Translations under genes and position numbers: made by a program
The notes under the pieces: model-generated
Databases searched by the model: none
The model's input: only the letters and a program-made list of their open reading frames with translations
What the model was told of the DNA's origin: nothing
From: an uncultured archaeon
GTDB lineage: Archaea; Iainarchaeota; Iainarchaeia; Iainarchaeales; CSSED10-239
NCBI GenBank assembly: GCA_964591795.1
Contig: CAZQEL010000003.1
Coordinates: 22,184-51,277, forward strand
Direction: 5' to 3'
Length of the DNA stretch: 29,094 nt
In this document: positions 8,589 to 15,998 of the stretch, piece after piece
Position numbering within the stretch: position 1 is the first letter of the stretch
How the letters are laid out: each line of letters begins with the position of its first letter

Positions 8589-10058
8589 ATGGGTAATGAG
8601 TTTGATCCTTTTGGTGGAGGATCTAATAGAAATTATTATTCTGGGAATAATAACAAATCTAAAAGTAACCCAATAATGACAGTTATACTTATTCTTGCAT
8701 TAATTGGACTTTTATTTTTTCTAGGAAATAAATATTTAGTTTTAAATAAAACTGATTTAACTTTTAATATCACAAACACAGAAAATGAAAGCATATCTGC
8801 AACCATCAGAATTTCAACAAACCCTATGTTTACAAATATCACTGAAACATTTAATAACAATGAAACAAAAAAAGTTAAAGCCAAAAATTATTATTATAGT
8901 GTACAGGCTTCAGGCTATATTGGTCAAAATAAAGATACAATTAATTTAAAAGGCGAAAAATCAATTACTGAACCAGTAAAATTAGAAAAAGAAATATCCT
9001 TAAAAATAAGTAACATTGTATTTCCTGAAAAAGTATATGTGGGACAAACAGCTATACTTAAAATATTTTATGAAAATACATCTTTAAATAAAGCTTACAC
9101 ATTAGATAATCTTATTATTGGCGGAGATATAAATAAGTGGAGTTACACAGTTGTTGATTTCGCATCAGACCCTGTTACAAGTACAGTTTTATATCCACAA
9201 ACAAAATCAGAAATATATCTAAAGTACACAATTGAAAATACAGAAAATAAAACTAACAAAATAATTATTAGAGTAAAATATAAAAAAGAAGAAAAAACCA
9301 AAAGTTTTGAAATTACAGAAGAACCAGTTATTCCAATAAATGGGGATCTATCCAATGAAATTAAAAGTGGAGATAGTAAAAATTTCACAATTACAATTGC
9401 TAACTCTAAAAATAAAATACCTATTTCAGACCTTACCATCTCACTTGAAGTTACAGGTACAAATAATCAGGATGTTAACGAGTGGTTTACATATCCACAA
9501 GGAAACATATTAGTGTCAGCATCTAAAAATGAAAGCAAAACCATTTCAGTTTCAGTACCTCAAACTGCTACCAATGATACAATTGAAGGTAGATTAATAT
9601 TTAATAGTTCAATATTTAGAGAACCAAAAGAAATACCAATTAAAATCACAATAAAAGAACCAACTATTAATTTTTCAACTAATTTAAATAAAAAAAATAT
9701 TACATTAACATATGATGTAAACAATAATGTTACAAACATAGAATATGTTATAATAACTCTTAATAATAAAAGTGCAATCGACATTGATTTAGTAGATATA
9801 AAAGTACTTGACTTGGATCCAGTTAAAAACGACTGTAATAACTTCATTTATTTTTCAGAAAATTCATTTCCTAATATGAAAGTTATAGCTAACACAAAAC
9901 CAGAACTGCCAATTACAATTACAGCAAGTGATCCCTCATTGATTGGAACATTAGTAAACAACACAAGAATGTGTAATATAGTAATAGAATACAAACATCC
10001 ATTTAGACCTAATGAAACTATTATGGAATCAAATAACTTTTCAATTACTATTGAATAA
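8589..10058 (+). CDS. Type II-like bitopic membrane protein with a large sequon-rich extracellular region (putative surface glycoprotein/adhesin)
   Basis: A Gly/Asn-rich N-terminal tail of about 27 aa is followed by one TM helix (IMTVILILALIGLLFFLG) and about 440 aa of beta-type sequence. I counted about 18 N-x-S/T sequons by hand. GAGGGT Shine-Dalgarno lies inside the end of the upstream gene. Confidence 0.6.
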   Translation: MGNEFDPFGGGSNRNYYSGNNNKSKSNPIMTVILILALIGLLFFLGNKYLVLNKTDLTFNITNTENESISATIRISTNPMFTNITETFNNNETKKVKAKNYYYSVQASGYIGQNKDTINLKGEKSITEPVKLEKEISLKISNIVFPEKVYVGQTAILKIFYENTSLNKAYTLDNLIIGGDINKWSYTVVDFASDPVTSTVLYPQTKSEIYLKYTIENTENKTNKIIIRVKYKKEEKTKSFEITEEPVIPINGDLSNEIKSGDSKNFTITIANSKNKIPISDLTISLEVTGTNNQDVNEWFTYPQGNILVSASKNESKTISVSVPQTATNDTIEGRLIFNSSIFREPKEIPIKITIKEPTINFSTNLNKKNITLTYDVNNNVTNIEYVIITLNNKSAIDIDLVDIKVLDLDPVKNDCNNFIYFSENSFPNMKVIANTKPELPITITASDPSLIGTLVNNTRMCNIVIEYKHPFRPNETIMESNNFSITIE

Positions 10059-10061
10059 AAG

Positions 10062-11519
10062 TTATTTTTTCATAACTAAATGATAGATGCTAGAAATCTC
10101 TTTCTTTGTAACAACTTTAAATAATAAGATAAAACTAAAATAAATTAACCCACCAATAAAAGCATAAATTAAAACATCAAAATTATTTTTTAAAAAACCA
10201 GATGGATTAAAAAATCTAATTACAAATAATCCAAAAATCATTAAAGTTCCTGAAATTAAAGGAAGCACTAATTGATCAATAATTTTAATGCCTTTAATTT
10301 TGTTTTTAATAAAAGTAATTGCCCCAATTAAGATAATTAACTCAGAAACCAAAGTAGTTATTGCAGCACCAACAATCCCATAAAATGGAATTACAATTAA
10401 ATTTAAAACAACATTTGAAACAGATGCAATAAACAATAATTTTAAAAAATATTTTTCAAAATGATGAACTATAAACAAATTATTAAAGGTACTATTAATT
10501 GCAGAAAATAAACAAAAAAGCATAATTATTTTAAATGCTAAATTACCACCAACATAACTTGCACCAAAAACTAAATAAATAATTTCTTTAGATAACAAAA
10601 TAGCACCAAATGACAATGGAACTATAACTATTGAAACCAATTTAAGATATTTATTAAAAATACGTGGTAAGTCCTTTGAAAAAGAATACTTTGAAAGAAC
10701 CGGAAAAAAAACTAATGCAATTAAACCAACAACTGACATTAAAAAACCTAAAAAAGAATAACTAATTGCATAAAGTCCAACACTATAATCATTTATTATT
10801 AAAGAAATTAATATTTTATCAAAATGAAAATAAACATTATAAAATAAAAAATTTAATGCAAAAGGCCAAGATAAATATAATTTTTGTTTAATAAATTTTG
10901 GATTTAATTTAAAATTAACTTTAGGAATATACTTTTTAAAGAAAAACGCTAAAAATAAAAAACCTAAAATTAATGAAAATATTTGTGCAAATAAAATTCC
11001 AATAACACCAAAATTTAAATAAATTATCAGAAAAATAAATAAAACATACGACACTTTATTAATTGCTTCATAAATTGCATAAAACTTATTGTCTTGCATA
11101 GAATTATAAAATACAGTTAAATATCCAGAAAGAACAGAAAATAACAAATAAATAATTAAAATATAAAATAAATTATTTACAACCGATGGTTTATTTAACA
11201 CAAAAGTTAATAATACAATTAAAATTGCAGAAATTAAAAATAATATTAATTTAAAAGGAAGGAAATTATTAAAATATTTCCCAAGAAGTTTTTTATTTTT
11301 TGAAACATCTCTAAAAATAAGTGTATTAATACCAAGATCTGTAATAATCATGAAAATACCTAAAAAAGAAAGCACAAAATTTAACTGACCATAAGCCTCT
11401 ACACCTAAATATCTAGGAACAACTGTAATTGTTATTATGGCTAAAAAATAAATTATAATTTTAGAAAAAGATAACCAACCAATATTATTTATAATTTTTT
11501 TTTTTTCAAAATCGTCCAT
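10062..11519 (-). CDS. Wzx-like oligosaccharide/polysaccharide flippase (MOP superfamily)
   Basis: 485 aa with about 12-14 hydrophobic helices. The N-terminal pattern NIGWLSFSKIIIYFLAIITITVVPRYLGVEAYGQLNFVLSFLGIFMIITDLGINTLIFRDVSK is typical of 'polysaccharide biosynthesis protein' flippases. Confidence 0.75.
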   Translation of the reverse strand: MDDFEKKKIINNIGWLSFSKIIIYFLAIITITVVPRYLGVEAYGQLNFVLSFLGIFMIITDLGINTLIFRDVSKNKKLLGKYFNNFLPFKLILFLISAILIVLLTFVLNKPSVVNNLFYILIIYLLFSVLSGYLTVFYNSMQDNKFYAIYEAINKVSYVLFIFLIIYLNFGVIGILFAQIFSLILGFLFLAFFFKKYIPKVNFKLNPKFIKQKLYLSWPFALNFLFYNVYFHFDKILISLIINDYSVGLYAISYSFLGFLMSVVGLIALVFFPVLSKYSFSKDLPRIFNKYLKLVSIVIVPLSFGAILLSKEIIYLVFGASYVGGNLAFKIIMLFCLFSAINSTFNNLFIVHHFEKYFLKLLFIASVSNVVLNLIVIPFYGIVGAAITTLVSELIILIGAITFIKNKIKGIKIIDQLVLPLISGTLMIFGLFVIRFFNPSGFLKNNFDVLIYAFIGGLIYFSFILLFKVVTKKEISSIYHLVMKK

Positions 11520-11532
11520 ATATAATCATATA

Positions 11533-11546
11533 ATAAACATGTTTAT
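11533..11546. promoter_or_regulatory. Perfect 14-nt palindrome ATAAACATGTTTAT in the divergent flippase / 608-aa gene promoter region
   Basis: Read directly from the sequence. A related TTTATGTTTATAAA sits at 11579-11592. Function is unknown, possibly an operator or TATA-like element. Confidence 0.25.
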
Positions 11547-11629
11547 ATTTATATATTAAATAATAACATATAAATTAGTTTATGTTTATAAAATATATTA
11601 ATTATATTAAATAAAATTAGAGATTAAAT

Positions 11630-13456
11630 ATGGAACATATAGACTGGATAGTTTCTTTTGGAATATTCATTTTTGTAATACTTGCAATAATTACAACATT
11701 ACCTAGATTTTTACCAGATGTTTCAACTCAAGACGAACTTAAAACATCAAAATTAGTGTATAGCGAGTTATCTGAAAATATTAATATATTTAATATGTAT
11801 AATGATGATAACACTGAAATTAACACCTATATCCTTAATATTGATGATAACACAGGTAGAGCAAGTACAAGTTATATAATAGATAACAATATAGTGTATG
11901 GAACCATACTAAATAAAGCTGCTTTTTATAATTTTGATTCAAATCAATACACAACTAAAACACTTATTTTTAAAGAAAGTTTTATTGATCAAAATAATTT
12001 AACCTATTTAAACTTAATTGATGGAAATGTAATATATTATAATGGAGAATCATATGTTTTTCCACAAAGCACCTTAGAAAGTAAAAATAATTATTCTAAT
12101 TTAATTGGAGAATACATTGCAGAACCAGTTGATCTAAATATTTATTTTAATTATGTTGATGAAAATAATTTTTCATTATGTAAATTTGACAGCAATGTAT
12201 TATCTCTTTACGACAGTAATAGTGATGGTAATAACTTAATTGGAAGTACAGATGTTAATATAGATCAAAACGAATGGGTAAACTTTAGTTTTAAAACAAA
12301 CTACAAAGGAGAGGCTTATTGTAAAATAAATGACTACAATGTAAATTACGATTCACAAACATCAATTAATTCAGGAAAAATTATAATTAAAAATGTACAA
12401 GATCATTATGTAAGCAGTTTAAATATATATAATGACAATTATCTTGAAAAAACAGGAAATTTAATTGAAACTAATTATTATGATTTTACAATAAACAACA
12501 ATACACTAGATGTTAATCTATTTGATAATCGAATAAATATTGGAGATATAAACCTAGTGTACTCAAGCACAATTACAAATACAGATATTACAAATAATAA
12601 TCCTGCAATCATTAAAGATGCTTCTGAAAATCACAAATTTATTGGATTTCCAAATACAAAAGAATTTATTATAAAAAACAATACTGAGGATATAAATTTT
12701 ATATTAAACAACAATCTAAACATTAACTATTATAATTATGAAATTCAACTAGATACAGATTATTATGTATGGGTTTTAGCAGACGTACCAGCAAGTAGTA
12801 TAAAAACAATTTATGCATATAAAAAAATAGGATATACTCCAGAAACCACTTTTGTGAAAACTTATAATGCTGAAACTAATCCATCAATTACAGTTAGTGT
12901 AGTATCACCTAATTTATATCAAATAGATATTAATAATCTAGCTGGTGAACAACTTACTGATTATGAAATTAGAATATCTAATGATGTTATATCAGTTATT
13001 TCAACAAACGATAGTCTATTTATTACAGATCAAATGTATGGTTCAGAAAATAGTATTGTGCTTGCAAATAAAATAACTAATAAATATATTTTGTTAGATT
13101 TTTTTGATAGTAATAACAATCAAAAAACATGTACTACTGAAATTATAGATTCAGGATTTAAATTAAGCTGTGACTCAGACACCTATATAAAATCCAGAAT
13201 TAGAAGCGCCATTGAAATTTATCCAACAATTAAATATAACAAAACTTCTGAAAAAATGATAACCTATGAAAAAATTCAAAGTTATATTTTAACAAATCCT
13301 TATGATTATTATATTAATGTGTATAATAATAAAGAAAATATAGACATTGGAACATATAAATTTAAAGGAAACTTCCCACTTTTAGAAAGAATATCCAAAT
13401 ATCTAAATGAAAATGGAGAAGAAGAAATAGTTAAGGTTTTAATTAAACCTAACTAA
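11630..13456 (+). CDS. Large N-terminally anchored extracellular protein with LamG/ConA-like and DUF2341-like segments (putative adhesin or filament-associated protein)
   Basis: 608 aa. N-terminal hydrophobic helix WIVSFGIFIFVILAIITTL. NIDQNEWVNFSFKTNYKGEAYCKINDYNV resembles the LamG pattern (..W.hva.t.d..g...lyvDG). YYVWVLADVPASSIKTIYAYKK resembles the DUF2341 signature (fWVkvP.i.a...t.iy.YYg). Many N-x-S/T sequons. Confidence 0.55.
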   Translation: MEHIDWIVSFGIFIFVILAIITTLPRFLPDVSTQDELKTSKLVYSELSENINIFNMYNDDNTEINTYILNIDDNTGRASTSYIIDNNIVYGTILNKAAFYNFDSNQYTTKTLIFKESFIDQNNLTYLNLIDGNVIYYNGESYVFPQSTLESKNNYSNLIGEYIAEPVDLNIYFNYVDENNFSLCKFDSNVLSLYDSNSDGNNLIGSTDVNIDQNEWVNFSFKTNYKGEAYCKINDYNVNYDSQTSINSGKIIIKNVQDHYVSSLNIYNDNYLEKTGNLIETNYYDFTINNNTLDVNLFDNRINIGDINLVYSSTITNTDITNNNPAIIKDASENHKFIGFPNTKEFIIKNNTEDINFILNNNLNINYYNYEIQLDTDYYVWVLADVPASSIKTIYAYKKIGYTPETTFVKTYNAETNPSITVSVVSPNLYQIDINNLAGEQLTDYEIRISNDVISVISTNDSLFITDQMYGSENSIVLANKITNKYILLDFFDSNNNQKTCTTEIIDSGFKLSCDSDTYIKSRIRSAIEIYPTIKYNKTSEKMITYEKIQSYILTNPYDYYINVYNNKENIDIGTYKFKGNFPLLERISKYLNENGEEEIVKVLIKPN

Positions 13457-13617
13457 ATTAATAATTTTAATATTAATATTACAACTACAAAAGCAACAGA
13501 TAGACCAATAACTGTTTCTGGAGATAACTTATAACCAGTAAGACTATCGTTAAATTTCATTATTCCAATTACACTACTAGGTCCTTGACTTGAGTTTTTA
13601 ATTTGTTTAAGCTTCAT
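13453..13617 (-). CDS. secG: Preprotein translocase subunit Sec61beta (archaeal SecG)
   Basis: Hand-translated 54-aa ORF missing from the track: MKLKQIKNSSQGPSSVIGIMKFNDSLTGYKLSPETVIGLSVAFVVVILILKLLI. It fits the Sec61beta pattern (G.sSsaGlmryfde....ikisP..Vl..si.fiv.v..L) with a C-terminal tail anchor. Confidence 0.8.
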   Translation of the reverse strand: MKLKQIKNSSQGPSSVIGIMKFNDSLTGYKLSPETVIGLSVAFVVVILILKLLI

Positions 13618-13714
13618 AAAAATAACACCTCTATATATTATTATATATAAGAAACTATTAAATAACTTACTCTTGTATATTTATGTACCAATATAGAAAT
13701 AAAAGGTAAAAGAT

Positions 13715-14689
13715 ATGATTAAGAAAAAACTTATTTGGAAAACCATAGGCGTAATTTTAATGATAATAATTATGATGTACTTGTTAGTTTGGGCAGGAAC
13801 TATTAGATGTAGATCAGTTCCTGGCATGTGTTCATTCTATTGGGGCACACAAACCTTACTTACAGGAAAACAACAACCAAGTATATTAATTGTATATAAC
13901 CCTGGAGACACAGATGGAATTGGAAATCCATATCTTCTTGAAAAAACAATTAGAGATAATAAAATTATTGGTATGAATGTAAGACTTGAAAATATTAATT
14001 ATCTAAGTGAAGAAAAATTAAAAAAAGAAGCACTTATTATTGTCGACAAATCTAGAAAAATATCAACACCTAAACTTGAAATGTTTATAAACTATGTATC
14101 CAAAGGTGGAAGATTAATATGGATTGGAGATGCTGGTGTAGAAACTAAAAATACTACAGACCAACTTCTTACAAAAGCAGATATAGATGGTAGTACAGAC
14201 TCAAACACAATAAATGGTTGGGCAAGACTTAATTCTAAAAATTATATTATAAGATTTGATGAATTTTTAGGAGCTAGTTATAATACAAATTACTGTGAAA
14301 TAAAAAAATGTGAAGTAAAAACATACAATGTAGCAAATGGTATTGTTATGAATTTTAAACAACCAATTGCAAGTAATGGTGTATTAATTCCATCTTCAGA
14401 TCATCCTATAGTTTATGGGCTTAAAAGCTACCTAGAAGTAAAAGATAACTTTTCTATTGTAGAACTATCAAAATCAATGACCACACCTTTAAAGTTAGAT
14501 TATGGATCAAGATTATATAAAGACAGTAATATATCATACGGTTCAGAAGGTGTATTTCCATTAATAATTTTGAGTAATTCAAATAGAGTTGCATATTATG
14601 CAATGCCTCCAGAATATTTAATTCAAGAAGCTGATAAGGATAAATATTATTCTGTAGTTGAAAATATGTTATATGGATTATTAAAATAA
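13715..14689 (+). CDS. N-terminally anchored extracellular protein, unknown function (first gene of the pilin/ATPase unit)
   Basis: 324 aa. TM helix TIGVILMIIIMMYLLVWAG and four Cys in two pairs. The segment ALIIVDKSRKISTPKLEMFINYVSKGGRLIWIGDAG weakly recalls GATase1/ThuA-like beta-alpha-beta units (low confidence). AAAAGGTAAAAG lies upstream of the ATG. Confidence 0.5.
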   Translation: MIKKKLIWKTIGVILMIIIMMYLLVWAGTIRCRSVPGMCSFYWGTQTLLTGKQQPSILIVYNPGDTDGIGNPYLLEKTIRDNKIIGMNVRLENINYLSEEKLKKEALIIVDKSRKISTPKLEMFINYVSKGGRLIWIGDAGVETKNTTDQLLTKADIDGSTDSNTINGWARLNSKNYIIRFDEFLGASYNTNYCEIKKCEVKTYNVANGIVMNFKQPIASNGVLIPSSDHPIVYGLKSYLEVKDNFSIVELSKSMTTPLKLDYGSRLYKDSNISYGSEGVFPLIILSNSNRVAYYAMPPEYLIQEADKDKYYSVVENMLYGLLK

Positions 14690-14701
14690 AATGGAAAACA
14701 T

Positions 14702-15073
14702 ATGATTAAATCAATCGAAGCTGTTATGGCAATAATGATTCTTTTAATGTTTATAATGGTTTTATTAAATAACCATACCTATAATGACTATAAAGAAAAT
14801 ATAATCACAAATAAAATTTATGAAACCATACAACTAAAGGCCCAAGATGATAGTTTTAGAAGCATAGTACATGAGAATAACACAGAATTAATTTATAATC
14901 AACTTTACAAATTTATAGACACTAACTACTCCATAAAACTTTGTGACTATGCTGAAGAAAATAATGCTTGTGATATTTTTGGAGCAACTATCCCTGATAA
15001 AAAATCATTATATTCAATTAACTATTATTTTTATGATAGTAACAAAATTGCAAATATTATTATTTGGACTTAA
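14702..15073 (+). CDS. Small pilin-like protein (short N-terminus plus hydrophobic helix)
   Basis: 123 aa. MIKSIEAVMAIMILLMFIMVLLNN is followed by a small Asn/Tyr-rich globular part with two Cys. It lies 12 nt after the upstream stop. There is no canonical G/A cleavage context, so pilin status is tentative. Confidence 0.45.
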   Translation: MIKSIEAVMAIMILLMFIMVLLNNHTYNDYKENIITNKIYETIQLKAQDDSFRSIVHENNTELIYNQLYKFIDTNYSIKLCDYAEENNACDIFGATIPDKKSLYSINYYFYDSNKIANIIIWT

Positions 15074-15088
15074 AAAAAAGTGAAATTA

Positions 15089-15553
15089 ATGACATTAAAC
15101 AAAAAAGGATTTACTTACATAATTATTGTTGTAATAATAATGATATTTACAACAATGATATTTTTAATTTCAAAAAATATTAATTATACTGATAACAAAT
15201 CTCAAACAATTATTAATAATTATAAAAATGAAATGAACTATATTGTTTTAAATAATCTTGACGAAAATAATTTAGACCAACTTAATAGTTCATTTAAAAA
15301 TTACATACAAACTAACAACTATAATTCTAAAATTTGTAGCATTGTGTTTGATGGGAATAACACATATTATCTTAGTAACTACCAAGATACTAACTATGCA
15401 GCAATTAATACTGATGAAACAATAATTATTTTAAGAGAAAATGTAGTGGCAAATATTATTTTTGGATCATGTACTTTAGAGTTAGGAAATTTAGAAAATA
15501 AATATTATTTAGAAATATATAATAATAAAGAGAAAAATATATATATTCAATAA
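15089..15553 (+). CDS. Type IV pilin-like protein with class III (prepilin) signal peptide
   Basis: MTLNKKG|FTYIIIVVIIMIFTTMIFLIS has a short basic leader, Gly at -1 and a hydrophobic helix of about 21 aa, the archaeal PibD/FlaK substrate pattern. The track starts at GTG 15080, and the ATG at 15089 gives the more typical leader length. Confidence 0.6.
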   Translation: MTLNKKGFTYIIIVVIIMIFTTMIFLISKNINYTDNKSQTIINNYKNEMNYIVLNNLDENNLDQLNSSFKNYIQTNNYNSKICSIVFDGNNTYYLSNYQDTNYAAINTDETIIILRENVVANIIFGSCTLELGNLENKYYLEIYNNKEKNIYIQ

Positions 15554-15624
15554 ATAAAAAAGATAGCTTTATAAAGTAAACCAACTAATAATTTATATTA
15601 TATTATATTTAAATAAAAAGGTGT

Positions 15625-15969
15625 ATGAATATGAATGAAATTAAAGAAAACATAAACTTAATTGTAACTCAAAGTAATTCAATAGTTGCAAAATTAGAAA
15701 TATTAAAATCTCTTGAAGACCATAAAGAGACACTTTCTACAGAAATCAAGGATACTAAAGAAAAACTGGAAAAAGATGAAATTACAAAATTTACATATGC
15801 AACTATGCAAGAATCTAATCAGAAAAACTTAGATGAAAACACAAATCAAAGAAAAGTTATCTGGAATGAAATTGCAGAAACTATAAATGCAGTTAGTGAT
15901 AAACTAAACGGACTAAAAGAACTTTATAATAAAAAAACTGAACTTACTAACGGTCCAGTAGTTAAATAA
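15625..15969 (+). CDS. Small soluble coiled-coil protein immediately upstream of the secretion ATPase
   Basis: 114 aa, Glu/Lys/Leu-rich, with no hydrophobic segment. AAAAGGTG Shine-Dalgarno lies 4-5 nt upstream of the ATG. The next gene starts 29 nt downstream. Confidence 0.5.
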   Translation: MNMNEIKENINLIVTQSNSIVAKLEILKSLEDHKETLSTEIKDTKEKLEKDEITKFTYATMQESNQKNLDENTNQRKVIWNEIAETINAVSDKLNGLKELYNKKTELTNGPVVK

Positions 15970-15998
15970 AATTATTCTATAGGGAATACTGATGAAGT

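Noticed and set aside
8636-9847. Three minus-strand ORFs (8636..8884, 9143..9439, 9560..9847) inside the 489-aa surface protein gene
   Set aside because: These are antisense shadow ORFs of the same kind. They are hydrophobic and low-complexity, they have no Shine-Dalgarno or promoter context, and they are nested in a continuous 1.47-kb plus-strand ORF.
7739-11632. Identical AGATTAAATATG start contexts of the 7751 and 11630 genes, a possible shared regulatory element
   Set aside because: It is only a 12-nt match in extremely AT-rich spacers, and the upstream sequences do not align further. It probably reflects short or leaderless 5' ends with similar composition rather than a specific element.
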